Assembly (NCBI GenBank): GCA_012295275.1
Contig: CM022671.1
Location: 22,258,001-22,322,000 of the forward strand
DNA: 64,000 nucleotides
Source of the DNA: Chrysomallon squamiferum
Lineage: Eukaryota; Animalia; Mollusca
Reading direction: 5' to 3'
The notes beneath the pieces are model-generated. The model was not told the DNA's origin. It ran no database searches and was given only the letters and a program-made list of their open reading frames with translations. Positions 1 through 56,052 of the stretch are shown in pieces. Numbering within the stretch: position 1 is the first letter of the stretch; every line of letters starts with the position of its first letter. Both the position numbers and the translations under genes were made by a program.

Positions 1-1947
1 CAGAGATGGAATCAGTTACACACACACACACATACTTATCTTTCTTTCTTAACTTCTCTTCTTTCTTTTTCTCTCTCTCTCTCTAGAGAGAAAGAAGAGA
101 AGATACCAGAAAAGAACAGAAGAAAGAAAGAGGGAGAGAGAGAGAGTGTGAGACACGTGTAGTAACTGGAAATCTATCTGTGATACATGCACCTGTTTTC
201 TTCTTCTTCTTCTTCATTTTAATTTACTATTATGAACGTGTTTTTCATTAAATTCATTAAAGCTGAATAATTTCGATCTGGCGACAGTCTAAAATGTTTC
301 GCTGTTAAATGTCAGTTGTGACTCAAGGTACTCAATTTTTCTCTGTCCAAATGTCACCGAATATTGGTGACAGATGAAGAAAAAGTTCAGTCTTTCACGG
401 GGCTCCAAAAATATTCTCATTAGTTTCACGTGTCAAGAATAAATCATATTAACTTAATAAATTCAATTGCATCACTGAAACAGTATGTGATTTAAACAGG
501 CTTATTCCTTCAGACAATAATTAAGTGAAAATTGTATTGCTCTTCTCTATATTGCTATTCTTTATATCCTGTTGGAAATTTGTCTTCTCGTTACTGTTTT
601 TTTTTGTGGGTTTTTTTTTTTTTTCGTAGACAACAAAATCAACAGTAACAATGACAATAATAATGTTGATGATAATGACAGTGATTATGATACTAATGTT
701 TATGCTTCTATTACTACAATGAATACAGATGATAATAATGATAGTAGTAGTAGAAGAAGCTGTTGTAGTAGTAGTAGTAGTAGCAGTAGAAGTATTATAT
801 GTACAGTATCAGTATCAGTAATAAAAGCAGTAACACAAACTTTATTAGTTGTAACAATAATCACACTAAAATTGAAGCAGTAGTATCAATACTGTTAATA
901 ATATTTAAAGCAATATAACTTCCAATGTTGCTGTCGCTTTTGCTTAGACGTAGAATTTGCAATACAGAGTTAACAACTGTATATGACTAAATATGTATAT
1001 GACTGACACTAATACTATTACCATAAGCATCAGTATGATTTACTTTAGATCACTGAAGACTAACGATATCAAAGAATAGAAGTTTTATCCCTATTTATAT
1101 TTTTCTCTTTCTTATTCACCTTTAATGCAAAAACATAATTTCAAAACGTCGGCTCCTGTACAACCAAACTAAACCCGAAAGCATTCGGACACCACACAGA
1201 CATTTTCATCTGAAAGACGAGTTAATTCCCAAGATTAGCACTTACGGCACTTCGATGATGGCATGCCTCTAATTTCCCCACCCCCCCGGGCCAAACACAA
1301 GTCCTGCGACGTCGGCCAAACAAGATGACGAGCTACGTGAAATGATGAGTCCATACATCATGGTCATCTGTCAGAAATACAAGTCCAGACGAGATGCTTT
1401 TGTCCAGATCATCGTCACAAAACATCTGTAACTAATACGACAGACAGACAGACGGACGGTCACCCCGGGGCTTGGCAACAGTTCATTTCTTTCTCTTTAT
1501 TAGCGAAAATTAAAATTAATGTTATTTTCTTGTTCATGACGTGTGTTTTGATGAAAATGAGACTTTGCTATATATGTTTGTTTTTTTTGTAGGTTTTTTC
1601 AAAGCTTTTGTTTTGTTTTATTAGTTGATATTTGGGTTTTATGCAAATGAATTATTTGTCTGTACGCGAGTACATCTGCATGTAAGGTTATAAGTTATGT
1701 GTACGTCAGTATATATGTTTGTATGTGTGTATGTCTTGTGTGTTTATGTATGTATGTATGTATGTATGTATGTATGCATGTGTTTATGTGTGTATGCATG
1801 CATATATGTATGTATGTATATGTGTATGTGTCTGTGTGAATGTATGTGTATGTATTTTTATATGAGCATGTGTGTCTTTATGTATTGTTAGATAATTACA
1901 TACAAATATATTTCTATTTTGTCCTCTTCTTTTCTTTCTTTTTTAAT

Positions 1948-1949
<2 letters not shown>

Positions 1950-2034
<85 letters not shown>
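1950..2034. repeat. (CT)n microsatellite
   Basis: Perfect dinucleotide run. Confidence 0.95.
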
Positions 2035-2037
<3 letters not shown>

Positions 2038-3519
2038 ATCCCATCCCATCCCATCACATCCCATCCTCTTCTTTTGACTTCATCTGACACACAAAGTGAT
2101 TGCAATTGATAACAGACGTCAGGACGTTAATGCAGCTAAGTGGATGGCGAGGCTGACCCGCGGGCTGTGTATCAGTGTGGTTATGGGTGTACAGGTATTG
2201 TAGACCCGCCGTGATTAAGCGAATGTCACGGGGTCCACGGGAAAAAATATGTCGATGCTTTTAGCGACAAGAGGACGACCGAGGTGTACACTGCTTCTTT
2301 GCGTCGTCGTAAAATTCTTTGTGAAGGTGGACACAATGTCGCTGACGTTTACACCTGTTTGTAAAGTTGTTGCAGTCTATTCTTTACATGGCACTCAAGC
2401 TGATGATTTATCCTTTCAGAACTAGTGTGTTACGTGTGTTAACTGTTGATTTTTTTTTTTTGTTTTTTTTTTTTAACAAAGCTCTTGCTTTCTTTTTAAT
2501 TTAATTAATTTGTTTTTCTTATTTTTTTTTTTAATCTGGATACTCGAGAATTTTAATTAAGTCTAACTTTAGGCAAGGAACTTGAAGCATAAGTTATTTG
2601 TATATATTTTTTTTGTTTATTTATTTAATTAATTTAAAATCTCGTCACTTTTTACGGGAAGAAAGAGAAATGCCTTGAGCGTACTTATACACATATGTGC
2701 ATAATGAGAGAAAGTGTCAGATAGAGAACGACACATTTTGATAGAGAAAAACCAAAAAAAATCTGTTATAGATAGACTAAGAAAACCAACGAGATGGAGA
2801 GGTTAAAGAGAGCTGAAGTTAGATATAGAAAGAACAAAAGAGAACAGAGAAATCATATTTTAAATATAAAATTATTTATTTACCTTTCTTAATAAAAAAA
2901 AATCACACGGACACTGAAATATTAAATAGAATATCGATTCGTACTTTCTTTCAGACTGTTTGAAATGATATGATAAAGTATTGGAATCCATTTATTTGAA
3001 TCTCATAAGAAACAGCTCTTTAAAAAAAAAAAAAAAAATCCCCAAACATTAAGCGTCTTAACTACACACTCACTTTAAAAACTGATAGCAGTTACGTGTT
3101 GTCTGGTACGAATATAAACGAAAAGGAACGAAGACGTTTCGGACATTTCCGCTTCGGAAATAAAGAGGTTGTTAGTGTATGTTGTATCAAATAAAGGTAA
3201 AACATTTCAGGTATTTTCACGTGTTTCTGCTTTGAAGTGGGTGAACAGTCAGTTGTCCTGCTTGTCACACGAGACTGTTATAGATTTGTTTATCTTCAAA
3301 CAGGTCAGCGAACGTGAAAACCTTTCAACATGGCGACGGCGAGAATCTCTCCGAGCAGACGCCCAAAAGAAATGAAGTGGTTTTTCGAAATAACTTTTGA
3401 AGATGACACAAACGATCATTAAACTGAAAAGAAAAGGAAACACCGCCCCCAACTGCCCCCCCCCAAACTAAAACGCTGACAAAAAAACAACAATATAACA
3501 ACAAACAAACAACCAAAAA

Positions 3520-3551
<32 letters not shown>

Positions 3552-4120
3552 AAAAAAAAAAAAGAAACATTACCCCAAAAAAAAAAAAAAAAAAAAAAAA
3601 ACAACAAACAAATCTCCAATAAAAATTAACCTTCCTTTTTTTATCAGCTTGTAATTATCATATTTTTATCATATTTTATCATCACCTTCGTTGTTGTCAT
3701 CGTTATTATAATGCTGGTGTTGTTGTAGTAGTTGCTATTATTATTATTATTATTATTATTAATTTTCTTCTTTTTTTTCAATTTGTCTGGTTTTGGTTAT
3801 TATTTTTATGTAGTCTTTTCATGAAATCAAAACCTAGTCTATAAATCATACGTCTTTCCAACGTTAAATTACTGTTGCATTTAAAGGAACTGTTGTTCAA
3901 GGAATTTGTAAGGTAAACAGTATACGTGCAATAAAATCTTATTTTACAAAGTCACTCCCATATTTTATAGAATGAAGGTTATTACATTTCATATAGGTAT
4001 TGCTGCATTTTCTATAAAGGCAAAGGAATTTAGATGTCATTTTTTTTTTTTTTTTTTTCAAAAACTTATACAGCATCATGATTATTTCTCAGTTCAAATC
4101 AATGAATGATGATGATGATG

Positions 4121-4153
<33 letters not shown>

Positions 4154-4323
4154 GTAATAATTCTGATAAAATATAAAATTATGCATGATTGTGTATGTGT
4201 GTGTATTTACAAATCTTAAATCCGCGGTGAATTTAAATATATATGGACATTTATTAATATTAATACTATTATTATTATTAGCTATCTTTTAAATTGCTAT
4301 CGTCATCATCATCATCACCATCT

Positions 4324-4371
<48 letters not shown>

Positions 4372-4857
4372 ATATTTTATTATCATCATCATCATATTCA
4401 ACATAATTATTATTATTATTATTATTATTATTATTGTTGTTGTTGTTGTCGTCGTCATCATCAGCATCAGCATCAACAACATTATCATTACTAATTTACA
4501 TCCTTTAAGTCTTTATGTGTACTGTGTGTGGCTTGCTGGATTTTTCAAATAAAATTAAACCATTTGTAGATAAGACACGAGTTTTGTGCTGTATACGATC
4601 CGTGTGCAAAGCGATTCAAAACGAGTTAACTGGCTCATAATCTCGCAGAATGGGGAGGGGGGGGGGATTAATGGCGGGAACTCCAGCGTGTTTAGATTCT
4701 CAATCAAGATCTGAGAAGAGATAGCCGTTCTAAAATCCGCGGTTTTATGGAAGGGAGAGTAACGTACACGTCATAGTGACGTTAATATTACCGAGTCTAA
4801 CCTGCACTTGGAAACGAGATTGGACTGTAAAACATCTAAAAATTCACTTTAAAATGA

Positions 4858-4860
4858 AGA

Positions 4861-4945
<85 letters not shown>
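4858..4945. repeat. (GA)n microsatellite
   Basis: Near-perfect dinucleotide run. Confidence 0.95.
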
Positions 4946-4948
<3 letters not shown>

Positions 4949-5911
4949 TGAAAGTTAAAATTTAAGGAAATATAAAACATTATTTCGTAACAAGAACAAA
5001 ATGATATTGTAAGTAAATAAATAAATATATATATATATATTTTTTTTTAAATGAAATTTCAGTATTATCATTTGAAAATTAAAATAAATACCTTAAAAAA
5101 AATAGTAATAATAATAAAAAAAATTATTAATAAAATAAAATAAAATATATAAACGAAATAAAAAATAAAAAAAAAAAATGCCGGTTACTTTTGTATCAGA
5201 ATATTTGTTTCTGTTTAAATAACTAGATATATTTAATCACTGTTCAGAAATGATTTAACAGGCAATATTAATTTTAAATAAAGATGAAAAATGTCAGATA
5301 TTCAAATGAATATTGTTACTGAAATTTATTTTAAAGAGGCCATGAATATAAACCGTGAAAAAAAACCTCTGTGAATATATTTCTTTCTTGTTTCAAAAAA
5401 ACATTCTTTCCAAAAATTATCAGCTTCTTTTATATTTCTTTTCAGCCTGGTTTAACAACAGGAAGATAAAAATCAACAAAAATCACAAATCCTTTGAAAA
5501 TATCAAACATTTGGCGTTAAAGCTGCAACAAAACCGCGCTTTAGTTTTTAAAAGATCGTAAAAATCTTGTTATTGGCATTAAAAATGCACCGGTTTGTAA
5601 GTCCCGCAGTTAAAAACGAGACGTTTACTGATAGGCTGAAAACTCTGACGTTTGAGTTCTCTCCTCTTTCGAAGATAAGCTTCTCGCCTGGTCTTTTTTA
5701 AGAGGTATACACACCTAGCATTTGATGTGGCGGATCAAAGTGACAAAAACAGTCTATCAAGAATCGATAAAACTTTATTCCAGCACTTTTCTGAACGTAA
5801 TTAAAAAGAGCCGGATAAGACAAGGCCACACGCAGACTATTTGGAATGGGAAAAAAGAAATATCTTCGTTTATATCCATTAACACAGAAACATATGAATT
5901 CAATTATACCC

Positions 5912-6300
<389 letters not shown>

Positions 6301-6459
6301 TTTTTATTACTTTTACTGTCATTTTAAAGTTGAAAAATAATCACAACGAAATAGCATATGGAAACAATAAATCAATCATCGAAATAACTATTAAATGAGA
6401 GGATAATCCTTTGTTTTGTTTTCACTTTGTTTAACTGATACTCCAAAACTAAGTGAATT

Positions 6460-7020
6460 AAATAAAAACACGCTCGGGGGAAGGGAGTCGGGTCAAGACA
6501 TGCGAGGAAAAATTAACTGTGGTGTGAGTCCAAATATCAACAATCACGAGCAGCGCGTGCTTTTTCCCGCTGACAGCTGGACATAGCTCTTTACCGGACG
6601 ACTGTGCCATAAACTCAGATTTTTTCCCCCCTAAGTACCCGTTATTACGGTGATTTTTATTACCCCTAGGGGCGATATGGTGACGAATAGCTCGCGCAGT
6701 CACATCCAATTACGGGTGCGCAGCGCGTGATCGGAAACAGAGGTCGCTGTAGCACGCGCACGTCTCTTTCAAGTTGCAGACGTCACGCGCAAATTACCTC
6801 GGCGAGGGAAAATGAGTACGAATTAGAGGGAGAGAGAAAGAAAAACAAACAAGAAAAGCAGGCCCGGTCCAAACGATGATTAGGATTAAATAGACAAGGT
6901 GCAATATTCCTAGCTTCATTACCTGTACAGCAGAGAAATCCCGTGTGTAATAATTAATCGAATGACGTATGTTATATTATGACGTTTACGTAACAACAGG
7001 ATGTGAGGGGGAAATCAATA
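6460..7020. promoter_or_regulatory. CpG-rich upstream island, candidate enhancer
   Basis: High CpG density between AT microsatellites; four CACGCG sites, one CACGAG, TGACAGCTG and homeodomain TAAT cores. Confidence 0.45.
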
Positions 7021-7188
7021 GATTAAATGTGCAGAAAAATAATATATATATATAATATATATATATATTATTTTCTTAATTCAGTATTTTATTCTTAGGT
7101 TAACATTCGAATAAAAAAAAAAAAAAAAAACCTTCTTTGTTGATTTTAAATATTTTCATTATTAATTAATTAATTAATTAATTAATTA

Positions 7189-7242
<54 letters not shown>

Positions 7243-7532
7243 GCTGTTGTTCTTGGTTCTTGTTCTTCGTCATCATTGTTAGTAATATTAATTATTATTT
7301 ATTTTTGTTATTTCTGTTATCACACAAGAGCACATAAATAAAATTCGTACATGTATCAGTCTACTGATAACACATACATGTTATTACATGAACAATGTAT
7401 ATATTATACACTTAATTTATTCGATTGAAATTCTGAAAGCAAAATTATTTTTTATTTTTTTAAACTATTTTTTATTTGAATGAATGAATGAATGAACTGA
7501 TTAGTTATTTATTGTTGTTGTTGTTTTTGTTA

Positions 7533-7584
<52 letters not shown>

Positions 7585-8090
7585 GTGCTCCCTACATTTT
7601 TCTTTCTATCCTTCTTCTTTTGGTTTTTACTTTTTTCTTTCTTTCTTTTTTTTCTTTTCTATTTTTTTTTTCTTTTAATAAAACCTTCTTTGTCAGAAAC
7701 AATATTTCCAATCATACGTTTTATATTAAATTAATAAAAACAACAACTTGAATGTGTCACAGTTTATTTCGTCATGTGACCCACTTTGGTAATTTCCGTT
7801 GAGTATCTTGTTCAAATGTTAGTCAGAAAACAGATGCAAATGATAACTGAAAAATGTTATAAAGTCTGAGAGAGAGGATCTGTTTTGTTATTTCATATTT
7901 ACCTAACAGTTTTAATACTGGGAAATGCAAAATATCTTTAAATTAAAGGTGCTTAACTTCGTAATTAGAATATTGTAGGAAATAATAACAAATGTTTATA
8001 AAATAATATTATGATGATGATAACGATGATGATGGTTATAAAGAGGAAGAAGATGTTGAATATGATGGTGACAACAACAATAGCAACACC

Positions 8091-8183
<93 letters not shown>

Positions 8184-8409
8184 AATAAAAATAATAATAT
8201 ATATATATATAAATAAATAAAAAAATAAACAAGTGTAAAATTAAAATATAAAATTAAAATGTAAAATTAAAAAATAAACAACAAAAATAATTTAAAAACG
8301 TAAAAATAAAATAAACAAACATAGAAATTAATAAACAAAAATAGAATTTAAAAAAAATAATAATAATAATAATAAACAAATAATAGAAATTAACAAAACA
8401 AAACAACAA

Positions 8410-8474
<65 letters not shown>

Positions 8475-8574
8475 CACCACAACCACCAACACCACTATAA
8501 CAACAACAGGAACAATAAACACTGTATACTAAGATAGAAACAAACAGACACAAACACAAACATGCCCACCCTTA

Positions 8575-8623
<49 letters not shown>

Positions 8624-8805
8624 ACCGAAACACAAAATAAACTGGAAAAACAATTTTTTGCTCAAAGATTCAATGACAGTGATTACCAACTGTTCAATTA
8701 ATCAGCACAAACCTCGGAGTTAATTAACCATAATGAAAACAACATCCTGCGACTATCATTTTTATGAAATGAAAACTAATTCTAAAAATTTTAAAAACAA
8801 AACAA

Positions 8806-8836
<31 letters not shown>

Positions 8837-8849
8837 CACACTGCAAATT

Positions 8850-9618
8850 ATTGTGGGCGCACGTGTCACAGAATGGTTGCATACTCAGATAGAGTTGCAT
8901 GGTCACGTGAACTGTAAACGCGAGTTTCGAAAGACCACAGAAGCGAGTTGGAGTTTTTCTTCCGATTTTTTCACGCCTCGTGATGCTGTATAAATTCGGT
9001 GGGCGGACAGGGAAACACGAAATCCGCCTATATTGTCTGTTTTGAATAAGACGTTCAGGCCGCCACTGTGCCTTCAGTGTGTTGCCAGCTGGAAATCTCT
9101 TGACTTGTTGTAGCAGTAGTATAAAGATGTTTGGAACAAGACGGAGGAGAGAAAGAAAAGAAGAAATAATAATAAAAAAAAAAAAAAAAAAAAAAAAAAT
9201 TGAAATAAATGCTCGACGTTTTGTGAAAATAACAAATTAATTACGTTCAAGTGAATAGGCGTGGATACGAGTTATTTTTTTTTTTTTTTTTTTTTATGGC
9301 GGTGCTTGCAGGCGTATTTCGAGAGAAACCGATGTGATACGGTCGCGACAATGCACTTGAATGACACTTATCTCTTTCTATCCGTCACGGAATCCCGCCT
9401 TGTTTTCGCCGGCTTCGGCGTTCCGAGCTGACACGAAGATCGGCATCAGCCAATCAGAGGGAGCCTTTCATAATCATATCTTCCCCTTGTTAGAGCATAT
9501 TGTGAGCGACTTGTTAAGCCAAAAGGGATTTACCATTCGACTTATCTCTGGCGAATTTTCACCGACTGTCGCATTTTATATGGTTTTGCCCGGTTCGAGC
9601 CAGGAACTGGAAAACGCG
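8850..9618 (+). promoter_or_regulatory. Putative Tbx2/3 promoter / 5' UTR region
   Basis: CpG-rich stretch before exon 1 with E-boxes (8860, 8902), TATA-like hexamers (8989, 9120), GC box GGGCGG (9001), poly-A (9174-9199) and poly-T (9275-9295) tracts, and an NF-Y consensus AGCCAATCAG (9448-9457). The TSS cannot be determined from sequence. Confidence 0.55.
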
Positions 9619-51018
<41,400 letters not shown>

Positions 51019-51023
51019 GATTA

Positions 51024-51064
<41 letters not shown>

Positions 51065-51378
51065 ATTAGTTTTTATTATTATTATTTTTTTTTTTTTTAG
51101 GTTTTGTTTTATTTTGTTTGTTATTAAATTGTAAAAAGTGTACTTATTTAACATTCCTTTGAGAACTTGGTTACATTTCTGTTAGTAGTCGTTGAAAGTA
51201 AGAGACGAATGTTCGGTAAGAATTATATATATATATGTGTATATATATATATGTAGTGTTTTTAAATCTTGATTACGATTGTTGATTGTAGTCAAAATTA
51301 GCTGTTTTATAATACTCAGTGCACAATACTAAAAATAACTCACTTTTAGTTTCATTTTCGTTTTTTTAAATACACGTA

Positions 51379-51416
<38 letters not shown>

Positions 51417-51611
51417 TATCATCATTATTATTATTATCATCATTATCATTATTATTACGTTTTCGTTGGCAGTATTTGAGATAATTTTTTTTTTTATTGT
51501 ACAATACCTGCATTTAGAAAAGATTTCAGTCATTTGTAATAATTTTCAAATAACAATCACAGCTTTCAGAAATTAGACATTCTTCTTCTTCTTTTGTTGC
51601 TATTGTTGTTG

Positions 51612-51670
<59 letters not shown>

Positions 51671-51857
51671 TTATTAAACATGTATATACATATGTTTTTC
51701 ATATCTGGTGATTAGGAGGTTTTCAGTAGTATCTAGTGTTGTTCGGGAATAATATTCATTTAGAGTTATTCATCCTTTATCATACTGTTTTTAGTCTCAT
51801 TTTATGGTTATTAAGCGATCTCTGAATTTCTAGTCAATTTGTATGAAATTGTGTTAT

Positions 51858-51947
51858 TCGGCATTGTCCGTGATTGGTCGACATTGTCCGCAAGATATCG
51901 ACATTGTCCGCAATCAATCGGCATTGTACGTAATTTATTGCCACTGT
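51858..51947. repeat. 20-bp tandem repeat, 4-4.5 copies (TCGRCATTGTCCG core), in the probable 3' UTR or 3' flank
   Basis: CATTGT at 51862, 51882, 51902 and 51922. Confidence 0.85.
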
Positions 51948-52167
51948 TTTATCGGAATATTCGTTTGTCGTAAATGATCGTGCGTACGTAATCTTTTTAA
52001 TATTAAATTTTTCTTATTAAACTGTTATTTTATTGCATTATTGATTCATAAAATCATAATAAAACCAAACAAATAAGTCCAAAAGAGAACTAAAGGAAAT
52101 AAGTTTAAGTTGATGATATTCTGTTATTAATACTGTGACAAGTATTTCTTAGAAAAACAGAAATACA

Positions 52168-52198
<31 letters not shown>

Positions 52199-52943
52199 CT
52201 ATCTATCTATATATATATATATATATATATTTATATTATATAAAATATAATATATATAAATACATATATATATATATATAACATTCAAAAGCACCAAAAT
52301 ATAGTGTAGATTTAAAAAGAATTATTTTTTAATCGGTTGATTTTAATCTACTAATTACTAATATTATTATTTCTAAATACGGAATTAACAAATTAAAGTT
52401 TTAAATGTATACAAGTTCTGGATTAGGTAGATTAAAATAGAGGTTTATTAATGTAAATATAGGAAAGAAAATATAATTTATTCAGCGCTTAGTTCTAAAA
52501 TTAATGGCTTTTTGTTTTTCTTCAAAGAATCAATTATTTTCAGATGCTTTGTAGATTCATCTCAATTAAACATATGTATTATAAAATTATTTACATAATT
52601 TATATTCCCGATAAAATGTTACTTAATGTTTAAAACTTATATTGTAACATAATGATGATAATAATGATGATAATGATAATGATGTTAATAATAATGAAAT
52701 AAAAATAAATAAATAAATAATAAATAAATATATAAAATCTATTTTAAATGGAATATAATACGTATAATTTAATTAATAAAATAAAATTTAATTTAATAAA
52801 TGATGAACTGAAAAAAGAAATCAGTTGAAATAATGCAAAACGTATAAATACATTAAGTATAATCTTAACTGTATTTAATGAAAGTGTATACAAATACATT
52901 TTTCTATTCTAACAGTTAACAAAATAACTGTAAGACCTATTAC

Positions 52944-52974
<31 letters not shown>

Positions 52975-53119
52975 GTTATTATTATTAATTTATTATTTTT
53001 GTTATTAATTGCATTATCAATTTATTATTACGATGTTTTCTTATTAATATTATTTATGATGATAACTGCGATGATCATGACAAAAATTATTATTAGTAGT
53101 TTTTATTCTTCTTATTAAC

Positions 53120-53162
<43 letters not shown>

Positions 53163-53595
53163 ATTATTATTATTATTATATACAAAAATTAATTTATGTT
53201 TTTTGTTGAGATGATTTTTCTGTTTTATTACTATTATTGTAAAAACTGAGAGCATTTCACCCAATATTTTGTTTAAAATATTATCCTGCCAAAACGAAAG
53301 AGAACGAAAGAGAAAGAAACAGAAAAAAAAACTTGAGATCTGTGGGACGACTGTACTTAAGCCATTTTTGACTTGTTATAATTTACTTATGTGAGTGAAA
53401 TGGCCAACACTGTATTTAAATAAATGAATAGGAAACTCGGCTTTGTCTGTACTCATTATCTTTACTGAATGTGATAAACTGCATCCTCTACTCAATTGTT
53501 TACGAGAGTTCGCGAAATGATCCAGAGACATCTGTAACATTCCGTAATAATTATGCTTCAAAATGTTCTTGGTAATTACTTTGTATGTGTATATA

Positions 53596-53599
<4 letters not shown>

Positions 53600-53688
<89 letters not shown>
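53600..53688. repeat. (TG)n microsatellite
   Basis: Perfect run. Confidence 0.95.
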
Positions 53689-53690
<2 letters not shown>

Positions 53691-53782
53691 CTTGGCTGAA
53701 TTAAGTAATAAAAATAGAAGAAATAACAGTTGATGACAGTGAAATGATTGATTTTGTTTGGGAATTGACACACTTATCTAGA

Positions 53783-53848
<66 letters not shown>

Positions 53849-55025
53849 TCTGATATGCAATGATGGTAAAAAAACAACTTTTGGTCTATTTTTCATTTCC
53901 AGCATATTCTTAGTTTTGTAATATTAATATAGTTATTTGTGTACACTGAATTATATACATGATTAATATAGTCAGCAGGCATATCAATGATAGAGCGATG
54001 AAACTAATCAAATAAAATAACGTAAAATATAATTTAACTAAATAAAAAAATAGGTAATATAAAAAAATAATACATTTCTACAAAATGTATTTTCGTAAAA
54101 TCATTTAAATAACTCTCTAAAATAAAAAAAATAAATAAAAAAATGTAAAAAGGTAAATAATAAAATAAATAAATAAATAAAACAAATTAAAAATGAAATA
54201 AAAAATTTAAAATAATTAAAAATTTATATAAAAGAAAAATAATGTAATATATTAAAAAAAAAATTAAATATTATATCAAAATAAAATAATAAACTTTTTT
54301 TATTTTTATTTATTTTTTATTTATTTATTTATTTTTTATAAATAGGCTATATATATATATAGATCTGGACCAAACTTCCTCAGAAACCAAACCATGACAT
54401 TGACTTAGTGTGCAGCGTAACACACTATTTTAATTTTATTCTGTTTCTAGAATAAAAGAAATTACCCGTGGTCGTTTGGTTCACTCAGGCTCCAGTGTCA
54501 CATCATTGTCTACGACGGAGCCAAAATTTTTGTTCAGGTTATTAAAATCTGTTACAAGGAACACGCAATTTTTTTTATTTTTTTTATTTTTTATTTTTTT
54601 TAAAATCCACAAGAATAGACATCAACATTTATGTTCAGGGTTGTCACAGTGGAGGTATTGGTGTCAGTTTTGAACGAATGATGAATGAGCTATCAGGAAT
54701 CTGACACAAGTATTTCGCTTTAACACGTTAACAATGCAAATCGTTACCTTTCAGCAATTTTCATAATCGTATTATTTCTGTGTATGTTTTTTATCACGTA
54801 TGTCGGTGGGTGTGTGTGTCTATGTACGTGTGGTTATGTGTGTGTGTGTGTGTATGTGTGTGTGAGTATGTTTGTATATGTGTGTGAGTTCTTATGTGTG
54901 TGTATATAGTTCGTATGGTGTATATGTAATTATATATGTTCATGCATAACTAGAAGACATTTAGGAATGTTTTGATAGATGTAATGAAGTTTTGTTATTA
55001 TGCTATTACAATCGTATGTGGTATA

Positions 55026-55134
<109 letters not shown>

Positions 55135-56000
55135 CTTCTGTATCTTTGTCTCTATGTGTATCTTTCTCACATACATAAACATACATACGGACAAACATAG
55201 ATACATCATTATACATACACACATACACACTTATATACACATACTTATATCATACATACATACACACATACAAACACATTTATATATATCATACATACAT
55301 TCATACATACATACATACAATATATTCATACATACACTGTTAACATCAATATATTCATACAAACATTTATTTATCTATCCATGCATCCAAACATAGACGA
55401 ACACATTCAAAAACACAAACACACCGTTACAGAGATACCAGTCTGAATTTCTCTTTACTCAATTTTTTTACATTTATTTTTAAAAAAATTTAAAAAGTTT
55501 TTAATTATTGTTGTGTTTTGTGTTTTATTTTAGTCTGGCGTGTATACAAAAAGTACATTAACGTGTTCGCTGAGTTATTAAGTTCGTTTTTAAAGTTTTC
55601 TACATTGGGCGTACACATCTCAACTTGTGTCAGCTGAGCTGACAGTTTGCTGTGAATGCAAACAGCTAATCTCGACAAAAAACAAAGTATCTGTAAATTT
55701 TCTCAGTCGAAACATTTAATCACAGTTCCGCTGGTGCGAAGTTAATTTTAGTTATTTTATAAATACATACATACATACGTATATATATATACATACATAC
55801 ATATATATATATACATATATATATTTGTTTTTTGTTGTTTTTCTTCACCTTTTTTTCAAAATTCATTTTAAGTCTGTAAATAAATAGACAAGAGCAAGAG
55901 TACAAGATGCAAAACTTTTAATTAGTGATTCTGATGTTATAGTCAGTTCCAGTTTATGATGATCAGGTTGTTAATAATAATAATAATAATAATGATGATG

Positions 56001-56052
<52 letters not shown>

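Noticed and set aside
9361-9579. Full 195-aa ORF start at 9361 as the true N-terminus
   Set aside because: No resemblance to Tbx2/3 N-termini and it overlaps a CCAAT box; kept only as an alternative.
51019-53300. Polyadenylation signal and miRNA seed sites (e.g. miR-8/200-type CAGTATT at 51470)
   Set aside because: AATAAA and short seeds are expected by chance in such AT-rich sequence; the 3' end cannot be placed.
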